Shown: positions 52,103 through 64,000 of the stretch, piece after piece
Position numbering within the stretch: position 1 is the stretch's first letter
Layout of the letters: every line of letters starts with the position of its first letter
Assembly (NCBI RefSeq): GCF_006345805.1
Contig: NC_043005.1
Coordinates: forward strand, 77,190,001 to 77,254,000
DNA length: 64,000 bases
DNA from: Octopus sinensis
Taxonomy: Eukaryota
Direction: 5' to 3'
Notes under the pieces: model-generated
Database searches by the model: none
What the model saw: only the letters and a program-made list of their open reading frames with translations
What the model was told of the DNA's origin: nothing
Program-made: the position numbers and the translations under genes

Positions 52103-52145
52103 GTGTGTGTGTGTGAGTGTGTACGACGGGCTTCTTTTACACACA
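51805..52145 (-). mobile_element. SINE family A, 3' two-thirds
   Basis: Family motifs on the minus strand. Confidence 0.7.
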
Positions 52146-52588
52146 AACACACAGACACACACAGTAACGTGACTAACTACACATGCGCCGCTGGGGACTT
52201 CTTCACTATCTTTGGACTTTTCCCTTTCTCCTTTCCGAGAAAGAGCTATGCCGGAAACATCAGAATCTCTACTGTCACTGATTGCCAAGCTAATACATTT
52301 CTTGTGCGCATCCTCACATACACATATGTATGTATGTATGTATACATATATGTATGTATATGAGAGAGAGAGAGACAGAGACAGAGAGAGAGAGGCTATG
52401 ACAGGTAATGGCGTCAATAACGTACTTCTGAGTAAGTGCTAGGGACCGACCATAGTTAAGTTCCAGGCTCGGTGATTATGCGAATAAGGTGTCCAACGTA
52501 GGTCATATATCAGCATATGTGTATATAATTTTTTTCAGAATGAGATAAAAAACCAGGGCTGTCAAGATTTTAGAACATTTATAAAGAG

Positions 52589-52635
52589 CTCTTACAGCTG
52601 TTTCCGAGATATTTTTATATCTCTTCATCGGAGAC
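52589..52635 (-). ncRNA. Type I hammerhead motif (U4C), palindromic stem III
   Basis: rc GTCT-CCGATGA-A-GAGATAT-aaaa-ATATCTC-G-GAAA-CAGCTG-TA-AGAG. Confidence 0.68.
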
Positions 52636-53415
52636 GATGTGTGAAAATGGATAAGCAATATCGGAGAAAGAAAATTGTCAACGACAAACACGCGGTCACT
52701 GCATCTGTATACACCTTCACATATATATTTTCTTCTACAACTAAGCACTGACCTATCCAACCAACCTAATCTATATTCCCAAATTCTTCATTCCACCATA
52801 TTACAACCCCTACCCCCTCTCTCTGCCCCATCACTTAGGCTCTATCATTACATACCTGACACTCCTTTTCTTTTATACTATTATACCTATCTCTCTCTCT
52901 ATCACCCCCATTCCTTCTATCTGACATTCCTTTACTCTTTAAGCTATCAACTTTTTACACTCTCATATCTTTCTCTTTCTATCACACTCACCTCCTCATT
53001 CCTATTATCTTGACTGACCACTAACTGGTACACTTACCCTCTCTTCATCACTTTATTATCTCTCTCCTTGCTTTTCCTTTTTCGTTTCTCTTTTTTCTTT
53101 TTTACTTTTTTCTTTATCCCTTTCTTCCTGTTTTCGATATGACTTTACAAATACATTATCTACTTTTAGGTCACTTTAAATAAACCCTCGATTCAATAGC
53201 ACTGAATACAAACTCTATACTTGGAATGACTAACTTTAAATACTATTGAAATTTACTCAGAAGGTATTGAAATCTTATATGTATACCATTCTGCCTAAAT
53301 AATGAATCTACAAATGCAATATCCCTGCATATCTCAAATTTATTTTCATTCCTCCACTTCACTCTCGGTTAATATATTATCTTAATTAACTATTGCTTAA
53401 CCATTTTCTCACACC

Positions 53416-53463
53416 GTCTCTGATGAAGGAATATATAAAATATCCCGGAAATAGCTGTAAGAC
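53416..53463 (+). ncRNA. Type I hammerhead motif, canonical CUGAUGA core
   Basis: GTCT-CTGATGA-A-GGAATAT-ataaa-ATATCCC-G-GAAA-TAGCTG-TA-AGAC; perfect 4-bp stem I, GUA triplet. Confidence 0.75.
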
Positions 53464-53520
53464 CTTCTATTTATAAATGTTCTTAAATCTTTACAGCCTT
53501 GTTTTTTTTTATCTCATTAT

Positions 53521-53637
<117 letters not shown>

Positions 53638-54029
53638 ATGTATGTATGTATGTATGTAGCGGGCTTTCTTTTTCCAGCAACCAAATCCACTCACAGAGAT
53701 TTAGCCATTGTGCCTAAGGTGCCACACAGGGGAAATGAACACGAAACCATGTGGTTGGCAAGCAAACCTCTTAGCAAAGATACATGCCTGTAGCTATAAT
53801 TGATTTCTTAAAATTGCCAAATTTTGAAACAGGAAATATCTTTGTAATGCCTACACCTTAAAGAATCAATTATGAAAACAAAGATAAATGTCTTCAACTG
53901 GAGATTGAACCTGCGTCCCTTCTAGAATAAGCGAGGTTGTATGTATTGCAGCACTATGGGCAAAATGTCGCTGATATTGGTTCCTTCTATCGAAATACAA
54001 TTGCTCCAAGTTTTCAAAGGAAGAAAGAA

Positions 54030-54440
54030 TGGAATGGCTGTGTGGTAAGTAGCTTGCTAACCAATCACATGGTTCCGGGTTCAGTCCCACTGCGTGGCAT
54101 CTTGGGCAAGTGTCTTCTGCTATAGCCCCGGGCCGACCAATGCCTTGTGAGTGGATTTGGTAGACGGAAACTGAAAGAAGCCTGTCGTATATATGTATAT
54201 ATATGTGTGTGTGTATGTGTTTGTGTGTCTGTGTTTGTCCCCCTAGCATTGCTTGACAACCGATGCTGGTGTGTTTACGTCCCCGTTACTTAGCGGTTCG
54301 GCAAAAGAGACCGATAAAATAAGTACTGGGCTTACAAAGAATAAGTCCCGGGGTCGATTTGCTTGACTAAAAGGTGGTGCTCCAGCATGGCCGCAGTCAA
54401 ATGACTGAAACAAGTAAAAGAGTAAAAGAGAGTAAAGAGT
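54030..54440 (+). mobile_element. SINE family A, full length, young
   Basis: Complete head, body and GTAAAAGAGTAAAAGAG tail; best reference copy in the window. Confidence 0.9.
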
Positions 54441-54659
54441 ATTTTTGAAAGTTTCCAGAGACACTAACATTATAAGGAAAGCGGAAATAAGACAAGTTTG
54501 TGGACAGAAGTAAGGAGCGGTTTCGGTTTAGCGGAAGCTTACACATTTCTGTAAGTTGTGTATTAAGCTAACCTAATATTAAGCTTCCAAATCAAGTTGA
54601 AAACATCTGCATCGTAAATTTCGCAGGTAAGCATCGCAGGTAAACGATTTCCCACACAT

Positions 54660-55020
<361 letters not shown>

Positions 55021-55428
55021 CAAATAGGCAGATGGACAACTGAGCAGATAGAGTAACATAGAGTCATGCAGACAGGTCGATAGAAAGGTAGATGGATGGA
55101 TATTTTAGATAATTGATTGCTTCGGTGATTGAAATACAGTTTTCTTTTAGATTAATTGCAGTAAAATTAAAATACTACCAACAATATGGAGACCGATGCG
55201 AGATACACAAAGCAAACACAGATTGAGACAGATGACTGTCAACAACAGAAATTGCTTAACAGATGGAACAAATTGCGAGATATACTTAACATCTATATGA
55301 TTGAAGGTCACAAAACGTCATATCACATCCAATGAAATTCTTCCGTGATTACATCACATTTAAGCCATTGCACAAAATTGTCAGACTCTGAGTGTTAACA
55401 CACACACGCTCACACACACAAATATGTA

Positions 55429-55459
<31 letters not shown>

Positions 55460-55891
55460 GTATAAGTATCTACATATATACATATATAGGTATATCTATC
55501 CACCTCTCTATAAATGTATCTACATCTCTCTATCTATCTTCCTATCTTTTTACTTGCATACACACTCGTGCCCCTCACACACACATATCTATAATATTAG
55601 GTACACTCACACATACACACACTTTATCTTATGCATTGGATTATAAGTCGGATTAGAGAGACGTAATAACAGACTAGTATATTTTCTTATATTTAATATC
55701 ATATACATATGATATGCATATGCATCAATATCTCTTTCCCTCTGTCTGTCTGTCTGTCTGTCTGTCCGCCTGTCTCTCTTTCTGTCTGTCTGTCTGTCTA
55801 TCTATCTTTCGATCGATCTATATATATTTATATATATTAAGTACGTACATACATAGTTATGCATGTATATATAGAATGCATAAATGTATGC

Positions 55892-55933
<42 letters not shown>

Positions 55934-56162
55934 AATGCACGCATACATGTGTGTGTGTTTTTTATATATATATATATGTATATACATATATGTCATATAT
56001 GTGTGTGTGTGTGTATGTTTGAGTGTGTATGTATATGTGCTTGTGTGTACATATAGATTGATAGATAGATAGATAGATATATTATATTAAGGCGGTGCCT
56101 CCACTATAGCGGCAGTCAGATGACTGAAACAAGTAAAATAATAAATAAGTACATACGTATAT

Positions 56163-56205
<43 letters not shown>

Positions 56206-56519
56206 TTCTGTCGCATACACTCATACATACAATAAAATACAACCATACACACATACGTACATAAATCTGTGTCTGCGTCCTTCATTTTATTTTCTCTTTG
56301 CTTCGATTTTAATCCAATAATGAAGCGGACGGCGTCTTCTAAACTTCATTGTTTACTCTTTATTGGAATTAATGTCTGTTGCTGAATAATCATAGAATAT
56401 AGACGAAACCAAATCTCTGCCGTCGCCGTAATTCGCCTCCAACGCTGTCACCACCGCCTCCCACGGAAGAGACAATGACAATATATGATGTCAACGACAA
56501 GCACCACAATGACAACGGC

Positions 56520-57781
56520 AGCAAAAGTGATGGCGGTGGTGGTGGTGGTGATGGTATTGTTGGGGGTGGGGTGATGCCATTTACGATGACGACGATAATT
56601 ATGATGACGGTGGTGGTGTTGGAGGTGGTGGTGGTGGTGGTGGTGGTGGTGGTGGTGGTGGTGGTGGTGGTGGTGGTGGTGGTGGTGGTGTTGGAGGTGG
56701 TGGTGGTGGTGGTGGTGGTGGTGGTGGTGGTGTTGGAGGGGGTGGTGGTGGTGGTGTGGTGTTGGAGGTGGTGGTGGTGGTGGTGGTGGTGGTGGTGGTG
56801 TGTTGGAGGTGTGTGGTGGGGGTGGTGGTGGTGGTGGTGGTGTTGGAGGTGGTGGGGTGGTGGTGGTGTGGTGGTGGTGGTGGTGGTGGTGGTGTGGAGG
56901 TGGTGGTGGTGGTGGTGGTGTGGTGGTGGTGGTGGTGGTGGTGGTGGTGGTGGTGGGTGGTGGTGGTGGTGGTGGTGGTGGTGGTGGTGGTGGTGGTGGT
57001 GGTGTTGGAGGTGGTGGTGGTGGTGGTGGTGGTGGTGGTGGTGGTGGTGGTGGTGGTGTTGGAGTGGTTGGTGGTGGTGGTGGTGGTGTGGTGGTGGTGG
57101 TGTTGGTGGTGGTGGTGGTGGTGGTGGTGGTGGTGGTGGTGGTGGTGGTGGTGGTGGTGGTGTGGTGTTGGAGGTGGTGGTGTGGTGGTGGTGGTGGTCG
57201 GTGGTGTTGGAGGTGGTGGTGGTGGTGGTGGTGGTGGTGGTGGTGGTGGTGGTGGTGGTGTGGAGGGGGGGTGGTGGTGGTGGTGGTTGGTGGTGGTGTG
57301 GAGGTGGTGGTGGTGGTGGGTGGTGGTGGAGGTGGTGGTGGTGGTGGTGGTGGTGGTGGTTGGTGGTGGTGGTGGTTTTTGTAGTCGTTTTGACGATGAT
57401 AAAGATGACGATGATTACGATGATAATGATGTTGATCTTGATCATGATGACGATGACGGTGGTGATGATGCTGGTGGTGATGATGATGATGCTCATGATG
57501 ATGAAGATGATGATGATGATGGCGATGGTTAATGTGTTGCGTTTGACGATGATAATGAAGATGTTAATAATGACGGTGATGATGATGACGATGGTTATGA
57601 TGCTGTTGGTGTTGATGATGATGGTTATGATGTTGCTGATGCTGATGCTGATGACGACGACGATGATGATGATGTGCCGCGTCAGGTTACCTGTCGTAGC
57701 TCACGGTGATGTTTAGAAAAAGCATATATCGAAGAATACAAAAAGACGCTCCAACTACAACAGCAGCAGTAGCAGTAGCAT

Positions 57782-57844
<63 letters not shown>

Positions 57845-57871
57845 CATTAGTAGTAGTAGTAGTAGTAGCAT

Positions 57872-57943
<72 letters not shown>

Positions 57944-57946
57944 CAT

Positions 57947-57991
<45 letters not shown>

Positions 57992-58115
57992 AGGCTATTT
58001 AGAGAGTTTGTTGAAGCAGGGGATGTGGAGGTTTAGCTGAGTGGGAAGAACAGAAAGGAAGAACTCGGTCATCCTTATTCTTCTTCTAATCCTGTCCCCG
58101 AACAATCATCACCAG

Positions 58116-58179
<64 letters not shown>

Positions 58180-58279
58180 GCCGTCATTATCATCATCATC
58201 ATCGTCATCGTCATCGTCATCCTCATCACCTTCATCGTCGTCATCATCATGTTCATCATCATCATCAATCTCATCATCC

Positions 58280-58314
<35 letters not shown>

Positions 58315-58395
58315 GTCACTGTCATCAACACCGTCATCATCGTCATCATCATCATCAACATCACCATGATCATCATCATCATCATCATCATGCAC
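56520..58395. repeat. Compound triplet-repeat block: (GGT)n, (GAT)n, (TAG)n, (CAT)n
   Basis: Direct reading; produces the longest ORFs in the track (poly-V/G/W/H/T), none of them gene-like. Confidence 0.92.
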
Positions 58396-58850
58396 AGAGA
58401 CAATACACTCTAATTAAAGCTATAATTAATTGCTCCATCGCCATTAATACCATTGTCGTCACCCCGACCAGCACATTTGCTAAATTTTGTTTCCCCCTTT
58501 TCCCTATGTGTAACTACTTTTAAAAGATTGCCATAACTACTGAAGCAACACAAATAAGAAACAGAAAAAGGCTTACGTTAGAGAATTTAACAGTCGCCAG
58601 ACATGCAAGAATCAATAGCGAAATAGCCCTACGTCTTAAGAAAATCAAGGGCCTGTTAGACAATGCAGACGCAGATATTCTGGGTATTAATTGATGTTTT
58701 TCTTTAAAATATTGAGTAAGAAATCCGGCATTATCGTTAAGCATTGATCAATAGCATTGAATCATACAACCCGTTAATTTATTCTCTACGCTGCTAAATC
58801 GAACGCAAACCCTTAATTGCATTCTGCTGTTTTTGAAGAAGAAGAAGAAG

Positions 58851-58882
<32 letters not shown>

Positions 58883-58909
58883 GAAGAAGAAGAAGAAGAA
58901 GAAGAAGAA

Positions 58910-58987
58910 GTGTCTCCTACTATAGCCTTGGGCCGACCAAACCCTTGTGAGTGAATTTGGTAGACAGAAACTGAAAGAAGTCAGCTG

Positions 58988-59042
<55 letters not shown>

Positions 59043-59270
59043 TGTGTGTGTGTGTTTGTGTATGTTTGAGTATCTGTATTTGTCCCCCATCATCACTTGA
59101 CAACCGATGCTAGTGTATTAGCATCCCCGTAACTTAGTGGTTCGGCAAAAGAGACCGACAGAATAAGTACTAGGCTTTGCAAAGAATAAGTCCTGGGGTC
59201 GATTTGCTCGACTAAATGTGGTGCTCCTGCATGGCCGCAGTCAAATGACTAAAACAAATAAATGAATAAA
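58910..59270 (+). mobile_element. SINE family A, 5'-truncated
   Basis: Starts at CTACTATAGCCTTGGGCCGACC, right after a (GAA)n tract. Confidence 0.8.
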
Positions 59271-59273
59271 AGA

Positions 59274-59321
<48 letters not shown>

Positions 59322-59664
59322 GCGCGCGTCTGTGTGTGTGAGTGAACAATGCTTGACAACTGGTGTTGTGGGGTTTAAGTACTAGCCTTAAAGGGAATCT
59401 AAGTGTAGTGGTCGATTCGTTTGACTAAAATTCCTCAAAGTGGTGCCCCAGCATGGCCGCAGTCTAATGCAACAAGTACATTGCTGCTTTCCCTCCTAGA
59501 AATAGCAACCTAATCCCCTCGAGTCACCCCCGAAAAGATGCAGCGGGTATTGTGTGGGTTTTCTTTTAATGCTTTGGATGTACACTAACTCAGATACAAA
59601 AAGACGAGATGGTCACGGCTTAAATGTCTTTGATGATCAGTATGGTCAGCTGGAACTGATCTGA

Positions 59665-60310
59665 AGCTAAGCCACTACCACGACCACCATCATCTCGAAC
59701 ACTACCACCACCACCGCAACTACTACTAACAACATCATCATCATCATCACCATCACCATCACAAACACAAACAACATTATCACCAACACCACCACTACCA
59801 TCTCCATCACCGGCACAACAACAATCTCGAACACTGCGACCATCATGAACACCATGACCATCACCACAGACGACACCACCACCAACACCACCATCTTGAT
59901 CATTACCACCACCTCCATAACCCCCACCACAACCGGCACCAACAATAAGACAAGCACTACCATCACCACTACCACCATTACCACCACTACCATCTCCATC
60001 ACCACCACAACAACAATCTCGACGCTGCAGCCATCACGAACACCATGACCATCACCACCGCCAACACCAGCATCTCGATCATTATCACCACCAACACCGA
60101 CACCAACACCAACACCAACACCACCACAAGCGCCACCAACGACACCACCATCACCATGATCACCACCGCAAACACAAGGAGCATCATCGCCACCTCCAAC
60201 ATCATCAACACTGCAAACACCACCAACACCACTTCCACCAGCACCGCCACAATCGCAACTACAACCATCACCAGCATCACTATTATCAAGTACAACATAA
60301 ACAATAGCAT
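59665..60310. repeat. Degenerate (ACC)n tract with an internal duplication
   Basis: 59790-59870 repeated at 59985-60065 out of frame; Thr-rich frames are interrupted. Confidence 0.75.
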
Positions 60311-60348
60311 CAGGTAGTAGAATATAACAGACGGTTAGTAAAGCGTCG

Positions 60349-60546
60349 ATATTAATAACTAGTAAAAACCTGTATTAACATGCTAACTCTGATAGCATTA
60401 ATGTGTTTGTAGCAGTAACCAGGTGTGTTTGATAAACTATTAATTGAACAAAAACCCAGCAGATACTTCTAATGTATAATACGTTTGGTGGTGGGCACGG
60501 TCCATTCATTTGTAAGGACAATAGTTTATCAATAAGTGCGTCCGTA
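60349..60546. repeat. 198-bp direct repeat, copy 1
   Basis: Matches 61161-61358 with 12 substitutions and no indels. Confidence 0.92.
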
Positions 60547-61160
60547 AAGGCGACGAGCTGGCAGAAACGTTAGCACGCCGGGCGAAATGCTTAGCGAAAC
60601 TTCGTCTGCCGTTACGTTCTGAGTTCAAATTACGCCGAGGTCGACTCTGCCATTCATCCTTTCGGTGTCGATAAATTAAGTACTAATTACGCACTGGGGT
60701 CGATGTAATCGAATTTATCCTTTTGTCTGTCCTTGTCTGTCCCCTCTATGTTTAGCCCCTTGTGGGCAATAAAGAAATAAGAAACGTTAGCACGCCGGTC
60801 GAAATGCTTAGCGAAATTTCGTCTGCCGTTACGTTCTGAGTTCAAATTACGCCGAGGTCGACTCTGCCTTTCATCCTTTCGGTGTCGATAAATTAAGTAC
60901 CAGTTACGCACTGGGGTCGATGCAATCGAATTTATCCCTTTGTCTGTCCTTATTTGTACCCTCTGTGTGTAGCCCCTTTGGGCAGTGAAGAAATAGGTAT
61001 TTCGTCTGCTGTTACGTTCTAAGTTCAAATTCCGCCGAATTTGGTTTTGCCTTTCATCCTTTTACGGGTCAATAAATTAACTACCAGTTGCGTACTGGGG
61101 TCAACATAATCGACTGCCCCCTCCCCCAAATTTCCGGGCTTGTGCCTAGGGCAGAGAAGA
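60547..61160 (+). mobile_element. CORE-type SINE trimer
   Basis: Three units; units 1 and 2 share diagnostic changes (AATTACGCC, GACTCTGCC, TTCGGTGTC). Confidence 0.88.
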
Positions 61161-61358
61161 ATATTAATAACTAGTAAAAACCTGTATTAACACGCTAACT
61201 CTGGTAGCATTAATGTGTTTGTAGCATTAACCAGGTGTGTTTGATAAACTATTAATTGAACAAAAACCCAGCAGATACTTCTAATGTATAATATATCTGG
61301 TGGAGGGTACGGTGCATTCATTCGTCAGGACAATAGTTTATCAATAACTGCGTCCGTA
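61161..61358. repeat. 198-bp direct repeat, copy 2
   Basis: See copy 1. Confidence 0.92.
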
Positions 61359-61741
61359 CTCAAGTACATCCATACGACACCACCACTACCAACTTTATAA
61401 TCATCCTCATATTCATCATCATCACTAACTTCACATCATCAATGACGTCATCGTCGTCGTTATCAGTATTATTACTCAGCATCGTTTTTCCCCTTCCATC
61501 TCCCCTCATCTAATGCCTTATGAACGCCATCATTATCGTCGTCGTCTTCATCATTTTTATCGCCATCATCGTCATCATCATCATTATCGCCATCACCATC
61601 ATCATCGTCATCATCATCATTATCGTCGCCGTCGTTGTGATCATCATCATTGCCATCATTGTCATCGTCGCCCTCATTATGATCGTAATTGTCGTCATTG
61701 TCGTCGTCGCCATCATCATCGTCATCGTCGTTGTGGTTGTG

Positions 61742-61779
<38 letters not shown>

Positions 61780-62239
61780 TGTCGTCGTTGTCGTCGTCAT
61801 CATCGTGATGGTCGTCATTATCATTATTATCATTATCATCAACGTCCTTGTCGGCGTCGCCTTCCTCATAAGCAATCTCATTCATCATTTTCAATATTAT
61901 CATCACTTACACTGACATCGTAGAGTCAACGAAGGTGCCTCTACATTGCTCGCTCGACTTGCTAGAAATAACAATAATGTTATTTCTAGAAGGTTTGTTG
62001 CTCTGTCAAATAAACAAAAAAAAATGCTCTTCACCAAGAGATTGCGCAGTAACGGGACTGAACCGAGAATACCACGATTACAAAATAAACTCATTAACCA
62101 CATTCTAATTGATATTTTACAAGATTTAATGACATATAACAAAGTTTAGCAGGCGTGAAACAGAGACTGGATTCATCACCAGCTGTTGCAACACCAAAGC
62201 CTCGATCAGTGGTTCTCAATGGTTTATTTATTTATTTTA

Positions 62240-62672
62240 GGCGTAGGAGTGGCTGTGTAGTAAGTAGCTCGCTTACGAACCACATGGTTCCGGGTTCAAA
62301 TCCACTGCGTGGCACCTTGAGCAAGTGTCTTCTACTATAGCCTCGGGCCGACCAAGGCCTTGTGAGTGTATTTGGTAGACGGAAACTGAAAGAAGCCCGT
62401 CGAATATATGTATATATATATATATGTATGTATGTATGTATGTGTGTGTGTGTATGTTTGTGTGTCTGTGTTTGGCCCCTCCCCCAACATCGCTTGACAA
62501 CCGATGCTGGTGTGTTTACATCTCCGTAACTTAGCAGTTCGCAAAAGAGACCGATAGAATAAGTACTACGCATACAAATAATAAGTCCCGGGGGTCGATT
62601 TGCTCGACTAAAACGCGGTGCTCCAGCATGGTCACAGTCAAATGACTGAAACAAGTAAAAGAGTAAAAGCGT
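62240..62672 (+). mobile_element. SINE family A, full length
   Basis: Complete head, body and tail. Confidence 0.88.
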
Positions 62673-62752
62673 ATGAACCCCTCTGGTTCCTATTTTACTC
62701 GGGAGGATTCTGATAGCCATTTGATGTTGTAAAAATTCCTAGTATCGTGTTC

Positions 62753-62835
62753 AGCACGATGGCCGAGTGGTTAAGGCGTTGGACTTAAGTTCCAATGGAC
62801 ATCTGTCCGCGTGGGTTCGAACCCCACTCGTGCTA
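62753..62835 (+). tRNA. tRNA-Leu-TAA: tRNA-Leu, anticodon TAA (83 nt, intronless, long variable arm)
   Basis: Acceptor AGCACGA/TCGTGCT plus discriminator A; A box TGGCCGAGTGG; anticodon arm TTGGA-CTTAAGT-TCCAA; variable arm GGACA-TC-TGTCC; B box GGTTCGAACCC. Confidence 0.95.
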
Positions 62836-62840
62836 ATAAA

Positions 62841-62846
62841 TTTTTT
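62841..62846 (+). terminator. Pol III oligo(T) terminator
   Basis: T6 five nt downstream of the tRNA. Confidence 0.8.
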
Positions 62847-62959
62847 CAGCGGTGGTGCCCCAGCATGGCCGCGGCCTTCGGGCTAAAACATTTTAAAGGA
62901 TTTATTATAGTTTTAGAATTAAATATTAATATGAATTGTTTTAAAACAGAATTGCTTTA

Positions 62960-63390
62960 AGCGCAGGTGTGACTGTGTGGTAAGAAGTTTTGCTTCCCGA
63001 CCTCATGGTTCCGGGTTCAGTCTCACTGCGTGGTACCTTCGGTAACTCTCTACTAATATAGTAATATAGCTTCGGTTTGAATAAAGTCTTGCAAGTGGAT
63101 TTTGTAGATGGAAACTGAAAGAAGCCCCTCGTATATATGTGTTGTTGTGTCTGTGTCTGTGCGAGTGTGTCTGTTTGTTTGTCCACCACGACCACCAGCA
63201 CCACTTGACAGCCGGTGTTAATGTGCTTACGTCCCCATAACTTAGCGTTCGTCAAATGGCGCCGGTAGGATAAGTGCCAGGATTTGCCAAATAAATTAAT
63301 AAGTACTGGAGTCGATTCGTTCGACTAAAATTCTTCAAGGGTGTGCCCCAGTATGGCCGCAGTCAGATGACTGAAACAAGAAAAAGATAA
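62960..63390 (+). mobile_element. SINE family A, full length, diverged
   Basis: Head, body and tail motifs. Confidence 0.82.
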
Positions 63391-64000
63391 TATTTTGTAC
63401 AATGTAGAATTATAACCAATTTTCTACACAAAACTTTCGATGGACCACCAAGGGTGATATGGTCTTCTGTTGAGAATCGGTACCCCAGTTTAAGCTTGAT
63501 CGATCAGAGCTATGATCGAAATTATTCCAGTCGTGACTGTCTGAATCTTGTTAGGAGAACCTAGAACTGTATATTTTTACGTGTCATTTTCCTTTTTTCC
63601 GTTCATGACGTTAAGGTGGGAATTTATGCAGTTATGGCTGCTACATCTAGCAAGTCGTGTGACCGCGTATTATCATCCCCCGTTAGAGAATGAATTCAAT
63701 CGAATAGTTAGCTGAGAGTAGAAGTTGTATGTGCTGATAAGATACGAAGAATAAAAGAGAGAAGAATTAAATATGTATGAAATAGAAAGAACGAAGCAAA
63801 GAGTTTTTCCAGCAAATGCAGACTTATCGATCACAGCTGCATTTTTGTTTTTGCATTCTGTTATAGTTATTGTTATTTTATTTTATTTTTCTGTTTGTGT
63901 TCAGAAGGAAGATATGAGAATAGTAATAAACAGTAATCAATTGAAAGTCCACAGATGTTAAGGTATGGCGTATATATGGTGCCTAAAGAGGAATGCCATA

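Larger units (their letters stand above)
52500..53520. mobile_element. PLE-type non-coding 3' region with inverted pLTR ends
   Basis: About 130-bp inverted repeats (52520-52660 and 53385-53520), each with a hammerhead, around a C/T-rich spacer. Confidence 0.7.

Overview
AT-rich animal genomic DNA saturated with microsatellites and retroposons. It is very probably octopus or another coleoid cephalopod; this is an inference from the SINE families and repeat landscape, not a database result. No intact protein-coding gene can be identified, and almost all ORFs in the supplied track are microsatellite translations. Supported content: one intact tRNA-Leu(TAA); Penelope-like element (PLE) remnants (three Naiad-type and one Neptune-type GIY-YIG fragment plus several non-coding pLTR-like pieces); an R4/Dong-type RLE LINE 3' end; another LINE RT tail; two decayed maT-type Tc1/mariner elements (DD37D readable in one); a Merlin/IS1595-like remnant with TIRs; a pogo-type MITE; a Helitron-like insert; and many tRNA-derived SINEs of at least three families. 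The strongest unannotated signal is a set of at least 11 type I hammerhead ribozyme motifs from several unrelated families, with recurrent non-canonical cores (A6U, U4C, C3U, A9G). Also notable: microsatellite-associated retroposons in (TAA)n, (TATG)n and (GATA)n tracts; a 388-bp palindrome; a 198-bp direct repeat exactly flanking a SINE trimer; a tail shared between a SINE and a putative LINE end; and a tRNA joined at its terminator to a retroposon tail. All coordinates and folds were read by eye.
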